From: Escherichia coli | GTDB lineage: Bacteria; Pseudomonadota; Gammaproteobacteria; Enterobacterales; Enterobacteriaceae | Reading direction: 5' to 3' (one strand) | DNA length: 64,000 nucleotides | Assembly (NCBI RefSeq): GCF_046105845.1 | Contig: NZ_CP151004.1 | In this document: positions 31,698-42,658 of the stretch, one piece after another | Numbering within the stretch: position 1 is the stretch's first letter | Layout: each line of letters opens with the position of its first letter | Program-made: the position numbers and the translations under genes | Notes under the pieces: model-generated | What the model saw: the letters and a program-made list of their open reading frames with translations, nothing else | The model's database searches: none | Told to the model about the DNA's origin: nothing

Positions 31698-33362
31698 TTA
31701 AAACGTTTCCCAATTCTCGCCGCTATCTGCCACGGCCATTTTACGCGGCGTAGCTGGCGTCACGGTTTTTACTACAGCCGATGTTTCACGCTGCTGTTGC
31801 TGCTGTTGCTGAATCCGGAACACTGCCACAGCTTCGGTCAGGCGACTGGCCTGCTCTTCCAGCGCGGCGGCGGCGGCGGCAGATTCTTCCACCAGCGCGG
31901 CGTTCTGTTGAGTTACCCGGTCCATCTCAGCAACCGCTAAGCCAACCTGATCGATACCACGGCTCTGCTCATCAGAAGCAGAAGCAATTTCGCCCATAAT
32001 GTCCGTCACGCGGGTCACGGCGCTGACAATCTCCGCCATTGTTTCCCCGGCGCTTTCGACCAGCGTAGAGCCAACATCCACTTTCCCCACCGAGTCTTCA
32101 ATCAGGCTTTTAATTTCACGAGCCGCCTGGGCGCTGCGCTGGGCCAGATTACGCACTTCTCCCGCGACCACCGCAAAACCGCGCCCTTGCTCACCCGCAC
32201 GCGCAGCCTCAACCGCGGCGTTCAAAGCCAGAATATTGGTCTGGAAGGCAATGCCGTCAATTACGCTGATAATATCGGCGATTTTCTGCGAACTGGTGGA
32301 GATATCGCGCATGGTCTGTACTACGTTATCCACCACTTTGCCGCCGCGTTGCGCCGTTTCAGAAGCACTTAACGCCAGATGGCTGGCCTGACGCGCATTC
32401 TCGGCGTTCTGTTTCACCGTTGCGGTCAGTTGCTCCATGCTGGCTGCCGTCTCTTCCAGCGAAGCGGCCTGTTGCTCGGTGCGCGAAGAGAGATCGTTAT
32501 TGCCGGTGGCGATTTCGCTGGCACCGCTATAAATGGCATTGGCCCCGTTGCGCACATCACCGACGGTACGCATCAGCTCTCCCTGCATATGGCGCAAACT
32601 CTCTGCCAGTTGCCCCATCTCATTAGAGCCATCCACCTCAATCGGTTTCACCAGATCGCCGCCTGCAATATGACGAATGCTGTCAATCAGGCGATTCATT
32701 GGCGCTACCAACGAGGCTTTAATACCGAACCAGACGGCGAAGATGACCGCCAGTACGACGATCATCACGCCCACCAGAATCCACATCGCCTGGCTGTAGG
32801 AGGCATTATTATCGCTGACGGCGATATCATAGAGCCGATCGTTTTGCTCCATGTAAGCCACATACTGCTTCTCGAAACCGTCCTGATATCCCTGGGTCGG
32901 CTGATCAAAGAACTCGTTGATTTTGCCTGCACCTAACAGTTGGATCAGCTCCGCCAGCGCATTGTGATAAATATCGTAATTACGTTTGATCTCTGACGCT
33001 GCGGCGGTGCTCTGACGCGGGTCACGCGGCAACGCTTCGTAATCCGCCCAGTTTTTTTCCGCCTGTTTCAGCGAAATACTGGCACTCTGCATTAGCTCAG
33101 CAACGGTTGAACCGCTACCAATATTATTCTGATCCATCATGTAGCGGATACCCGCGCGGTTGAGGGTGTTACGCGTCTGCAACAACGCAACCCAGCTGCC
33201 ATTCAGCGTGGATTGCTGCTGGCGAATGGTTTGTAAAACAGTGAAATTTTCTTTGTCATTCTTTAAGGCATTAAAGAACAGACCGCCTGATGTCAGTTGT
33301 AAAAGGCCAAAAACGGCCAAAACCAGCAGTAAGCTGGTCACAATTTTGATACGTTTTAACAT
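31698..33362 (-). CDS. tsr: Serine chemoreceptor Tsr (MCP I)
   Basis: 554 aa; HAMP and highly conserved MCP signalling domain; C-terminal NWETF pentapeptide; 7-Gln run. Confidence 0.95.
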   Translation of the reverse strand: MLKRIKIVTSLLLVLAVFGLLQLTSGGLFFNALKNDKENFTVLQTIRQQQSTLNGSWVALLQTRNTLNRAGIRYMMDQNNIGSGSTVAELMQSASISLKQAEKNWADYEALPRDPRQSTAAASEIKRNYDIYHNALAELIQLLGAGKINEFFDQPTQGYQDGFEKQYVAYMEQNDRLYDIAVSDNNASYSQAMWILVGVMIVVLAVIFAVWFGIKASLVAPMNRLIDSIRHIAGGDLVKPIEVDGSNEMGQLAESLRHMQGELMRTVGDVRNGANAIYSGASEIATGNNDLSSRTEQQAASLEETAASMEQLTATVKQNAENARQASHLALSASETAQRGGKVVDNVVQTMRDISTSSQKIADIISVIDGIAFQTNILALNAAVEAARAGEQGRGFAVVAGEVRNLAQRSAQAAREIKSLIEDSVGKVDVGSTLVESAGETMAEIVSAVTRVTDIMGEIASASDEQSRGIDQVGLAVAEMDRVTQQNAALVEESAAAAAALEEQASRLTEAVAVFRIQQQQQQQRETSAVVKTVTPATPRKMAVADSGENWETF

Positions 33363-33591
33363 GGTTTCTCTTTCCTGTGGACCGATGCAAGATTTTCGGC
33401 CTGGAAAGGAAAAACTTTATAGTCAACGTCATTATCACCGTCGAACATAATTCGTTTTGTTTCATTTTTGTACAAAACTAAGAGCGTCATGAATAAAAAA
33501 ATTAATCTTGTTTATTTATTTCACGCTATTTATCGCAATTTTGCACAATGATGCATCGTATGATGCGCGTTTTAAAGAAAGGATATCTGAT

Positions 33592-34134
33592 ATGTTAAAC
33601 CGTGATTTTGATCATCTATCAACCCTGCTCCATCTTTTTTTTGAGCGTGACGATATTTGCCAAAAGCTTAATATTATTGATCAAAACGAGATCACCGGGT
33701 GGGAAGTTTGGTTCCAGGTGGAGTTTGCTAATATGCTTTGCTCAACAGACCATGAATGGTGGCGTGAACAAACACTATCCTGTGATATGCGCAAAAAGCC
33801 CGAACGCCCCACCCTACGTACAGATTTTTTATTACGCAAAAAAGGCTGGGCACAAGATAGCTATATTGCGCTTGAAATTAAACAGAACAGAGATGCGACA
33901 AGTTGTGTTAAAAATATGATCGCAGACTTAGAGAAAAGCGCCAAAATTAAACGTTCTGAGCTTGATTTGCGTAGTTTCTGGACTTTAGGTATTACCCCGA
34001 TGATCGACAGAGAAAGACTGAACTCTCTCATCGACAGTTATTTAGATGAGAAATTCTATCTTACTAAATCTCGTAAAAAACACGTTTTACTTAAAGAAAT
34101 AAAAAATACACCATATTGCTATATTGTTATTTAA
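33592..34134 (+). CDS. Hypothetical low-GC protein, possible PD-(D/E)xK nuclease fold
   Basis: ORF 33508..34134; ATG at 33592 with AGGA RBS; 180 aa; E...D(FLL)...ALEIK spacing resembles PD-(D/E)xK motifs; AT-rich unlike flanks. Confidence 0.6.
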   Translation: MLNRDFDHLSTLLHLFFERDDICQKLNIIDQNEITGWEVWFQVEFANMLCSTDHEWWREQTLSCDMRKKPERPTLRTDFLLRKKGWAQDSYIALEIKQNRDATSCVKNMIADLEKSAKIKRSELDLRSFWTLGITPMIDRERLNSLIDSYLDEKFYLTKSRKKHVLLKEIKNTPYCYIVI

Positions 34135-34426
34135 CATTTATGGCATGAATATAATTTTTAGATGAGTAACACAACTGAGGGCTAAAACTCGCCTTGGTTG
34201 TGATCATCATCACATAAATAGCCTTCATAAACCTTGCTCAATACCGCTCAACCGCAAAACTGACCGCTTACGTCCCTAAAATAACCACTCAGTTATTTAC
34301 CTTACTTTACGCGCGCGTAACTCTGGCAACATCACTGCAGGATAGCGGTCAATTTACCTCCTCAAACGCAACGCAAACCTAGAACGGCTTCGGCCAACTA
34401 TTAATCAATACATGCCAGGTTTTACT

Positions 34427-36577
34427 ATGGATACTAAAAAGATATTCAAGCACATACCCTGGGTGATTCTCGGAATCATCGGTGCATTCTGCCTCGCGGT
34501 AGTTGCATTACGTCGGGGGGAGCACGTCAGCGCCCTGTGGATCGTGGTCGCCTCTGTGTCGGTGTATCTGGTGGCGTATCGCTACTACAGTCTGTACATC
34601 GCCCAGAAGGTGATGAAACTCGACCCCACGCGCGCGACGCCTGCGGTTATTAACAACGACGGTCTGAACTATGTTCCGACTAACCGTTACGTGTTGTTTG
34701 GTCACCACTTCGCCGCTATCGCCGGTGCTGGTCCGCTGGTTGGTCCGGTTCTCGCCGCGCAGATGGGCTACCTGCCTGGCACGCTGTGGCTGCTGGCGGG
34801 GGTAGTGCTGGCCGGTGCGGTACAGGACTTTATGGTGCTGTTTATCTCCTCTCGCCGTAACGGCGCATCTCTCGGTGAGATGATCAAAGAAGAGATGGGA
34901 CCAGTACCGGGGACTATCGCGCTGTTTGGCTGTTTCTTAATCATGATCATCATCCTCGCCGTCCTGGCGCTGATTGTGGTTAAAGCCCTGGCCGAAAGTC
35001 CGTGGGGTGTCTTCACCGTTTGCTCAACCGTACCGATTGCGCTGTTTATGGGTATCTACATGCGCTTTATCCGTCCGGGGCGTGTGGGTGAAGTCTCTGT
35101 CATTGGTATCGTGCTGCTGGTTGCCTCTATCTACTTCGGTGGCGTGATTGCTCACGATCCGTACTGGGGTCCGGCACTGACCTTTAAAGACACCACCATT
35201 ACCTTCGCGCTGATTGGCTATGCGTTTGTTTCCGCACTGCTGCCGGTGTGGCTGATCCTCGCACCGCGCGACTATCTGGCAACCTTCCTGAAAATCGGCG
35301 TTATCGTCGGCCTGGCGCTGGGTATCGTGGTGCTGAACCCGGAACTGAAAATGCCTGCGATGACCCAGTACATTGACGGTACTGGCCCGCTGTGGAAAGG
35401 CGCTCTGTTCCCGTTCCTGTTCATCACCATCGCCTGTGGTGCGGTATCTGGCTTCCACGCGCTGATCTCTTCCGGTACGACGCCGAAACTGCTGGCTAAC
35501 GAAACCGACGCGCGTTTCATTGGCTACGGCGCAATGCTGATGGAGTCCTTCGTGGCGATTATGGCGCTGGTTGCTGCGTCCATCATCGAACCGGGTCTTT
35601 ACTTCGCGATGAACACCCCGCCTGCTGGCCTTGGCATCACCATGCCTAACCTGCATGAAATGGGTGGCGAGAACGCGCCGATCATCATGGCGCAGCTGAA
35701 AGACGTTACCGCACACGCGGCAGCGACCGTCAGCTCCTGGGGCTTCGTGATTTCGCCAGAGCAGATCCTGCAAACCGCGAAAGACATTGGTGAGCCTTCT
35801 GTCCTGAACCGTGCAGGTGGTGCGCCGACGCTGGCGGTAGGTATCGCTCACGTGTTCCACAAAGTGCTGCCGATGGCTGACATGGGCTTCTGGTATCACT
35901 TCGGTATTCTGTTCGAAGCCCTGTTCATCCTGACCGCGCTGGATGCGGGTACCCGTTCTGGCCGCTTTATGCTGCAAGACCTGCTGGGTAACTTCATCCC
36001 GTTCCTGAAAAAAACCGACTCTCTGGTTGCCGGTATCATCGGTACTGCGGGCTGTGTGGGTCTGTGGGGCTACCTGCTGTATCAGGGCGTGGTCGATCCG
36101 CTGGGCGGCGTTAAGAGTCTGTGGCCGCTGTTCGGTATTTCCAACCAGATGCTGGCAGCCGTAGCGCTGGTACTGGGCACCGTTGTGCTGATTAAGATGA
36201 AGCGCACCCAATACATCTGGGTAACTGTTGTTCCGGCTGTATGGCTGCTTATCTGCACCACCTGGGCGCTGGGTCTGAAACTGTTCAGCACCAACCCGCA
36301 GATGGAAGGCTTCTTCTACATGGCAAGCCAGTACAAAGAGAAGATTGCTAACGGTACTGACCTGACGGCGCAGCAGATTGCCAACATGAACCACATCGTT
36401 GTGAATAACTACACCAACGCAGGTCTGAGTATTCTGTTCCTGATCGTGGTGTACAGCATCATCTTCTACGGTTTCAAAACCTGGCTTGCGGTGCGTAACA
36501 GCGACAAACGTACTGACAAAGAAACACCGTACGTTCCAATCCCGGAAGGCGGCGTGAAGATCTCTTCGCACCACTAA
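34427..36577 (+). CDS. btsT: Pyruvate/H+ symporter BtsT (CstA family)
   Basis: 716 aa from internal ATG (MDTKKIFKHIPWVILG...). Confidence 0.95.
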   Translation: MDTKKIFKHIPWVILGIIGAFCLAVVALRRGEHVSALWIVVASVSVYLVAYRYYSLYIAQKVMKLDPTRATPAVINNDGLNYVPTNRYVLFGHHFAAIAGAGPLVGPVLAAQMGYLPGTLWLLAGVVLAGAVQDFMVLFISSRRNGASLGEMIKEEMGPVPGTIALFGCFLIMIIILAVLALIVVKALAESPWGVFTVCSTVPIALFMGIYMRFIRPGRVGEVSVIGIVLLVASIYFGGVIAHDPYWGPALTFKDTTITFALIGYAFVSALLPVWLILAPRDYLATFLKIGVIVGLALGIVVLNPELKMPAMTQYIDGTGPLWKGALFPFLFITIACGAVSGFHALISSGTTPKLLANETDARFIGYGAMLMESFVAIMALVAASIIEPGLYFAMNTPPAGLGITMPNLHEMGGENAPIIMAQLKDVTAHAAATVSSWGFVISPEQILQTAKDIGEPSVLNRAGGAPTLAVGIAHVFHKVLPMADMGFWYHFGILFEALFILTALDAGTRSGRFMLQDLLGNFIPFLKKTDSLVAGIIGTAGCVGLWGYLLYQGVVDPLGGVKSLWPLFGISNQMLAAVALVLGTVVLIKMKRTQYIWVTVVPAVWLLICTTWALGLKLFSTNPQMEGFFYMASQYKEKIANGTDLTAQQIANMNHIVVNNYTNAGLSILFLIVVYSIIFYGFKTWLAVRNSDKRTDKETPYVPIPEGGVKISSHH

Positions 36578-36585
36578 CCGTGTTT

Positions 36586-36613
36586 AGCCCCGCTTCGGCG
36601 GGGCTTTGTTCTT
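36586..36613 (+). terminator. Intrinsic terminator after btsT
   Basis: gccccgc-ttcg-gcggggc followed by T-rich tract. Confidence 0.6.
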
Positions 36614-36626
36614 ATCAGAGTGAACT

Positions 36627-36830
36627 ATGTTTGGTAACTTAGGACAGGCAAAAAAATATCTCGGCCAGGCGGCGAAGATGTTGATTGGCATTCCAGACTA
36701 CGACAACTACGTCGAGCATATGAAGACCAACCATCCCGACAAGCCGTACATGAGCTATGAAGAATTCTTCCGCGAACGCCAGAACGCGCGCTACGGCGGC
36801 GATGGTAAAGGCGGTATGCGCTGTTGTTAA
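36627..36830 (+). CDS. yjiX: Small protein YjiX (DUF466)
   Basis: 67 aa [33 protein letters not shown]... Confidence 0.9.
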
Positions 36831-36840
36831 TGGAGAGAGC

Positions 36841-37797
36841 ATGAACCCGATTGCAGTTACCCTACTCACCGGTTTTTTAGGCGCAGGAAAAACCACCCTG
36901 CTGCGCCATATTCTTAACGAACAGCACGGCTACAAGATTGCCGTAATTGAAAACGAATTTGGCGAAGTCTCTGTTGATGATCAACTGATTGGCGACCGCG
37001 CCACGCAGATCAAAACGCTGACCAACGGCTGCATCTGTTGTTCGCGCTCCAACGAGCTGGAGGACGCGCTACTCGACCTGCTGGACAATCTCGACAAGGG
37101 CAATATTCAGTTCGATCGTCTGGTTATTGAATGCACCGGCATGGCCGATCCCGGCCCGATTATTCAGACCTTTTTCTCCCATGAAGTTTTATGCCAGCGC
37201 TACCTGCTGGACGGGGTGATTGCACTGGTGGATGCGGTACATGCCGATGAGCAGATGAACCAGTTCACCATCGCCCAGTCACAGGTTGGCTACGCCGACC
37301 GCATTCTGCTGACCAAAACCGACGTCGCAGGTGAAGCAGAAAAACTGCGTGAACGCCTGGCGCGCATCAACGCCCGTGCACCGGTCTACACCGTTACCCA
37401 CGGCGATATCGACCTGGGCCTGCTATTCAACACCAACGGTTTTATGCTGGAAGAGAACGTGGTCAGCACCAAACCGCGTTTCCACTTTATCGCGGATAAA
37501 CAAAACGATATTTCGTCGATTGTGGTGGAACTGGATTACCCGGTAGATATCAGCGAAGTTTCTCGGGTGATGGAAAACCTGCTGCTGGAATCGGCAGATA
37601 AACTGCTGCGTTACAAAGGGATGCTGTGGATTGACGGCGAACCTAACCGCCTGCTGTTCCAGGGCGTTCAGCGCCTCTACAGCGCCGACTGGGACCGCCC
37701 GTGGGGCGATGAAAAACCGCATAGCACGATGGTGTTTATCGGGATTCAGCTGCCGGAGGAAGAGATTCGGGCAGCGTTTGCGGGGTTGAGGAAGTAA
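36841..37797 (+). CDS. yjiA: P-loop GTPase YjiA (COG0523 family)
   Basis: 318 aa from internal ATG; GFLGAGKTT Walker A; CxCC metal-binding motif (GCICCS). Confidence 0.9.
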   Translation: MNPIAVTLLTGFLGAGKTTLLRHILNEQHGYKIAVIENEFGEVSVDDQLIGDRATQIKTLTNGCICCSRSNELEDALLDLLDNLDKGNIQFDRLVIECTGMADPGPIIQTFFSHEVLCQRYLLDGVIALVDAVHADEQMNQFTIAQSQVGYADRILLTKTDVAGEAEKLRERLARINARAPVYTVTHGDIDLGLLFNTNGFMLEENVVSTKPRFHFIADKQNDISSIVVELDYPVDISEVSRVMENLLLESADKLLRYKGMLWIDGEPNRLLFQGVQRLYSADWDRPWGDEKPHSTMVFIGIQLPEEEIRAAFAGLRK

Positions 37798-37842
37798 GGG
37801 GTTATGGGCCGGATAAGGCGCAGCCGCATCTGGCCTGATATT

Positions 37843-38757
37843 TCACTCAAAATAGTCCATATCCAGTTTCGGCACCTTCAACAAACGTGAAGAAACCCCT
37901 ACTTCGTTTTCGATCATTAAGTGCACCAGGCGTTCCCCATCAACCAGCACCATACCCTCGACGGATTGGGCAAAGTCACGCGCCTGAGAAGTAAACCCAG
38001 AAGTGGTAATAAACACCCCACGTTTCGCTTTTTGCCCAGCCAGTGCGCCGTAAAATGCCTGTAATTCTGGCCTGCCTACAGTATTCTGCCAACGTTTTGC
38101 CTGAACATAAACTTTCTCCAGGCCAAGTTTATCAAGCGATATCACACCATCGATGCCACCATCTCCAGTACCGCCAACACGCTGCAAATCATCACGGTGG
38201 CCGCCATACCCCAGGCGATGCAAAACATCCAGAACAATGACTTCAAAGCGCGAAGGAGAAACCTGCAATAAGTTTTCCAGAACCTCATCAGCCACCGCAT
38301 CACGAAGCTCTTTTAGCGCCTGATCTAACCGATCGTCCGGGCTGCTCTTTGCAAGTTCTTCATGATCGGGAGAGTCGGCTTTCGGATCTAAATCGACGGC
38401 ATCCGGCCGTGACTTAAGTTTGACATTCACAAAAGCGAAGGCCAGATGGTTCGTCTCCTGCTCCGTCATTGGCTGGGGATGAGACGCAACCCAGTCAAAA
38501 CCCGCAGGAGTCAGGCACCATTTGCCACGCGACAAACTTTGCGACAACCCGGCACGTTTTAAACGGTCATGCGCCCAGCCTGCACGATTTTTATAAACAA
38601 GTTGTCCGCTGGTAATGACTTTCGCTCGCTGGCTGTCATCCAGTCCTAATGCATCCGCGGCAGCCTCATGAACATCACGCGCGGCTGCACCTTCCGGTTT
38701 TGTCGCCAGATAACGCAGAACAGGTTCAATAAATTTGTCATAGGTTGGAACCGTCAT
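37843..38757 (-). CDS. mrr: Type IV methyl-directed restriction endonuclease Mrr
   Basis: 304 aa MTVPTYDKFIEPVLRYLATKPEG...; PD-(D/E)xK region ...VISLDKLGLEKVYVQAKRW... Confidence 0.95.
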   Translation of the reverse strand: MTVPTYDKFIEPVLRYLATKPEGAAARDVHEAAADALGLDDSQRAKVITSGQLVYKNRAGWAHDRLKRAGLSQSLSRGKWCLTPAGFDWVASHPQPMTEQETNHLAFAFVNVKLKSRPDAVDLDPKADSPDHEELAKSSPDDRLDQALKELRDAVADEVLENLLQVSPSRFEVIVLDVLHRLGYGGHRDDLQRVGGTGDGGIDGVISLDKLGLEKVYVQAKRWQNTVGRPELQAFYGALAGQKAKRGVFITTSGFTSQARDFAQSVEGMVLVDGERLVHLMIENEVGVSSRLLKVPKLDMDYFE

Positions 38758-38944
38758 AGTACATCCTTGCAGAATCAGGTAGATGTTTTTCGGCTACTAT
38801 AACACTACAAAAATAGACGAACACGTTAGAAATGAGTCAGTTGCTGTGACTCCGGTCATTGCCCGGAAAGGTACAGAAAGCTAAGATAGGGCGTTATGGG
38901 CCTTAAATATTTGGACAGGCCCACACAGCAATGGATTAATAACA

Positions 38945-41900
38945 ATGATGAATAAATCCAACTTCGAATTCCTGAAGGGCGTCAACGACTTCACTTATGC
39001 CATCGCCTGTGCGGCGGAAAATAACTACCCGGATGATCCCAACACGACGCTGATTAAAATGCGTATGTTTGGCGAAGCCACAGCGAAACATCTTGGTATG
39101 TTACTCAACATCCCCCCTTGTGAGAATCAACACGATCTCCTGCGCGAACTCGGCAAAATCGCCTTCGTTGATGACAACATTCTCTCTGTATTCCACAAAT
39201 TACGCCGCATTGGTAACCAGGCGGTGCACGAATATCATAACGATCTCGACGATGCCCAGATGTGCCTGCGGCTAGGCTTCCGTCTGGCTGTCTGGTACTA
39301 CCGTCTGGTCACCAAAGATTATGACTTCCCGGTGCCGGTATTTGTGTTGCCGGAACGTGGCGAAAACCTCTATCACCAGGAAGTGCTGACGCTAAAACAA
39401 CAGCTTGAACAGCAGGCGCGAGAAAAAGCGCAGACTCAGGCAGAAGTCGAAGCGCAACAGCAGAAGCTGGTTGCCCTGAACGGCTATATCGCCATTCTGG
39501 AAGGCAAACAGCAGGAAACAGAAGCGCAAACCCAGGCTCGCCTTGCGGCGCTGGAAGCACAGCTTGCCGAGAAGAACGCGGAACTGGCAAAACAGACCGA
39601 ACAGGAACGTAAGGCTTACCACAAAGAAATTACCGATCAGGCCATCAAGCGCGCACTCAACCTTAGCGAAGAAGAGAGCCGCTTCCTGATTGACGCGCAA
39701 CTGCGTAAAGCAGGCTGGCAGGCCGATAGCAAAACCCTGCGCTTCTCCAAAGGCGCACGCCCGGAACCCGGCGTCAATAAAGCCATTGCCGAATGGCCGA
39801 CCGGGAAAGATGAAACGGGTAATCAGGGCTTTGCGGATTATGTGCTGTTTGTCGGCCTCAAGCCCATCGCGGTGGTAGAGGCGAAACGTAAAAATATCGA
39901 CGTTCCCGGCAAGCTCAATGAGTCGTATCGCTACAGCAAATGCTTCGATAATGGCTTCCTGCGGGAAACCTTGCTTGAGCATTACTCGCCGGATGAAGTG
40001 CATGAAGCGGTGCCGGAGTATGAAACCAGCTGGCAGGACACCAGCGGCCAACAACGGTTTAAAATCCCCTTCTGCTACTCGACCAACGGGCGCGAATACC
40101 GCGCAGCAATGAAGACTAAAAGTGGCATCTGGTATCGCGACGTGCGTGATACCCGCAATATGTCGAAAGCCTTACCCGAGTGGCATCGCCCGGAAGAGCT
40201 GCTGGAAATGCTCGGCAGCGAACCGCAAAAACAGAATCAGTGGTTTGCCGATAACCCTGGCATGAGCGAGCTGGGCCTGCGTTATTATCAGGAAGATGCT
40301 GTCCGCGCGGTGGAAAAGGCAATCGTCAAGGGTCAACAAGAGATCCTGCTGGCGATGGCGACCGGTACCGGTAAAACCCGTACCGCAATTGCCATGATGT
40401 TCCGCCTGATCCAGTCCCAGCGTTTTAAACGCATTCTCTTCCTTGTCGATCGCCGTTCTCTTGGCGAGCAGGCGCTGGGGGCGTTTGAAGATACGCGTAT
40501 TAACGGCGACACCTTCAACAGCATTTTCGACATTAAAGGTCTGACGGATAAATTCCCGGAAGACAGCACCAAAATTCACGTTGCCACCGTACAGTCGCTG
40601 GTGAAACGCACCCTGCAATCAGATGAACCGATGCCGGTGGCCCGTTACGACTGTATCGTCGTCGATGAAGCGCATCGCGGCTATATTCTCGATAAAGAGC
40701 AGACCGAAGGCGAGCTGCAATTCCGCAGCCAGCTGGATTACGTCTCTGCCTACCGTCGCATTCTCGATCACTTCGATGCGGTAAAAATCGCCCTCACCGC
40801 CACCCCGGCGCTGCATACGGTACAGATTTTCGGCGAGCCGGTTTACCGTTATACCTACCGTACCGCGGTTATCGACGGGTTTCTGATCGACCAGGATCCG
40901 CCTATTCAGATCATCACCCGCAACGCCCAGGAGGGGGTTTATCTCGCCAAAGGCGAGCAGGTTGAGCGCATCAGCCCACAGGGGGAAGTGATCAACGACA
41001 CCCTGGAAGACGATCAGGATTTTGAGGTCGCCGACTTTAACCGTGGCCTGGTGATCCCGGCGTTTAACCGCGCCGTCTGTAACGAACTCACCAACTACCT
41101 TGATCCGACCGGGTCACAAAAAACGCTGGTCTTCTGCGTCACCAATGCCCATGCCGATATGGTGGTGGAAGAGTTGCGTACCGCGTTCAAGAAAAAGTAT
41201 CCGCAACTGGAGCACGACGCGATCATCAAGATCACCGGTGATGCCGATAAAGACGCGCGCAAAGTGCAGACCATGATCACCCGCTTCAATAAAGAGCGGC
41301 TGCCCAATATCGTGGTAACCGTCGACCTGCTGACGACCGGCGTCGATATTCCGTCGATCTGTAACATCGTGTTCCTGCGTAAAGTACGCAGCCGTATTCT
41401 GTACGAGCAGATGAAAGGCCGCGCCACGCGCTTATGCCCGGACGTGAATAAAACCAGCTTTAAGATTTTCGACTGTGTCGATATCTACAGCACGCTGGAG
41501 AGCGTCGACACCATGCGTCCGGTGGTGGTGCGTCCGAAGGTGGAACTGCAAACGCTGGTCAATGAAATTACCGATTCAGAAACCTATAAAATCACCGAAG
41601 CGGACGGCCGTAGCTTTGCCGAGCACAGCCATGAACAACTGGTGGCGAAGCTCCAGCGCATCATCGGCCTGGCCACGTTTAACCGTGATCGCAGCGAAAC
41701 GATAGATAAACAGGTGCGTCGTCTGGATGAGCTATGCCAGGACGTGGCGGGGGTGAGCTTTAACGGCTTCGCCTCGCGCCTGCGGGAAAAAGGACCGCAC
41801 TGGAGCGCCGAAGTCTTTAACAAACTGCCTGGCTTTATCGCCCGCCTGGAAAAGCTGAAAACCGACATCAATAGCCTGAATGATGCGCCGATCTTCCTCG

Positions 41901-42457
41901 ATATTGACGATGAAGTGGTGAGCGTAAAATCGCTGTACGGTGATTACGACACGCCGCAGGATTTCCTCGAAGCCTTTGACTCGCTGGTGCAACGTTCCCC
42001 GAACGCGCAACCGGCATTGCAGGCGGTGATCAATCGCCCGCGCGATCTCACCCGTAAAGGGCTGGTTGAACTCCAGGAGTGGTTTGACCGCCAGCACTTT
42101 GAGGAATCTTCCCTGCGCAAAGCGTGGAAAGAGACGCGCAATGAAGATATCGCTGCCCGGCTGATTGGACATATTCGCCGCGCTGCGGTGGGCGATGCGC
42201 TGAAACCGTTTGAGGAACGTGTCGATCACGCGCTGACGCGCATTAAGGGCGAAAACGACTGGAGCAGCGAGCAATTAAGCTGGCTCGATCGTTTAGCGCA
42301 GGCGCTGAAAGAGAAAGTGGTGCTCGACGACGATGTCTTCAAAACCGGCAACTTCCACCGTCGCGGCGGGAAGGCGATGCTGCAAAGAACCTTTGACGAT
42401 AATCTCGACAACCTGCTTGATAAATTCAGCGATTATATCTGGGACGAGCTGGCCTGA
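38945..42457 (+). CDS. hsdR: Type I restriction enzyme R subunit HsdR (type IA, EcoKI-like)
   Basis: 1170 aa; SF2 motor motifs MATGTGKT and VVDEAHRG. Confidence 0.95.
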   Translation: MMNKSNFEFLKGVNDFTYAIACAAENNYPDDPNTTLIKMRMFGEATAKHLGMLLNIPPCENQHDLLRELGKIAFVDDNILSVFHKLRRIGNQAVHEYHNDLDDAQMCLRLGFRLAVWYYRLVTKDYDFPVPVFVLPERGENLYHQEVLTLKQQLEQQAREKAQTQAEVEAQQQKLVALNGYIAILEGKQQETEAQTQARLAALEAQLAEKNAELAKQTEQERKAYHKEITDQAIKRALNLSEEESRFLIDAQLRKAGWQADSKTLRFSKGARPEPGVNKAIAEWPTGKDETGNQGFADYVLFVGLKPIAVVEAKRKNIDVPGKLNESYRYSKCFDNGFLRETLLEHYSPDEVHEAVPEYETSWQDTSGQQRFKIPFCYSTNGREYRAAMKTKSGIWYRDVRDTRNMSKALPEWHRPEELLEMLGSEPQKQNQWFADNPGMSELGLRYYQEDAVRAVEKAIVKGQQEILLAMATGTGKTRTAIAMMFRLIQSQRFKRILFLVDRRSLGEQALGAFEDTRINGDTFNSIFDIKGLTDKFPEDSTKIHVATVQSLVKRTLQSDEPMPVARYDCIVVDEAHRGYILDKEQTEGELQFRSQLDYVSAYRRILDHFDAVKIALTATPALHTVQIFGEPVYRYTYRTAVIDGFLIDQDPPIQIITRNAQEGVYLAKGEQVERISPQGEVINDTLEDDQDFEVADFNRGLVIPAFNRAVCNELTNYLDPTGSQKTLVFCVTNAHADMVVEELRTAFKKKYPQLEHDAIIKITGDADKDARKVQTMITRFNKERLPNIVVTVDLLTTGVDIPSICNIVFLRKVRSRILYEQMKGRATRLCPDVNKTSFKIFDCVDIYSTLESVDTMRPVVVRPKVELQTLVNEITDSETYKITEADGRSFAEHSHEQLVAKLQRIIGLATFNRDRSETIDKQVRRLDELCQDVAGVSFNGFASRLREKGPHWSAEVFNKLPGFIARLEKLKTDINSLNDAPIFLDIDDEVVSVKSLYGDYDTPQDFLEAFDSLVQRSPNAQPALQAVINRPRDLTRKGLVELQEWFDRQHFEESSLRKAWKETRNEDIAARLIGHIRRAAVGDALKPFEERVDHALTRIKGENDWSSEQLSWLDRLAQALKEKVVLDDDVFKTGNFHRRGGKAMLQRTFDDNLDNLLDKFSDYIWDELA

Positions 42458-42658
42458 CACGTATACACTTCATCCTTCAGGCTACCTCTGCGTTGGCTGC
42501 GCTCGTTCACCCCGGTCACGTACTTCTGTACGCTCCCGGGGATTCACTCACTTGCCGCCTTGATGCAACCTGAATGATTTTGTGTATATTACCCTCGGCA
42601 ATTTCTTTTTCTGCGGCCCCAAACAATGCGGGCCGCTGCTTAATTTACGGAACTCACA

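Noticed and set aside
35024-36574. 516-aa minus-strand ORF
   Set aside because: Lies entirely antisense within btsT; Arg/His-rich low-complexity translation typical of a spurious open frame in GC-rich coding DNA.
39392-40054. 220-aa minus-strand ORF
   Set aside because: Antisense inside hsdR, whose sense frame has clear helicase motifs; no independent support.
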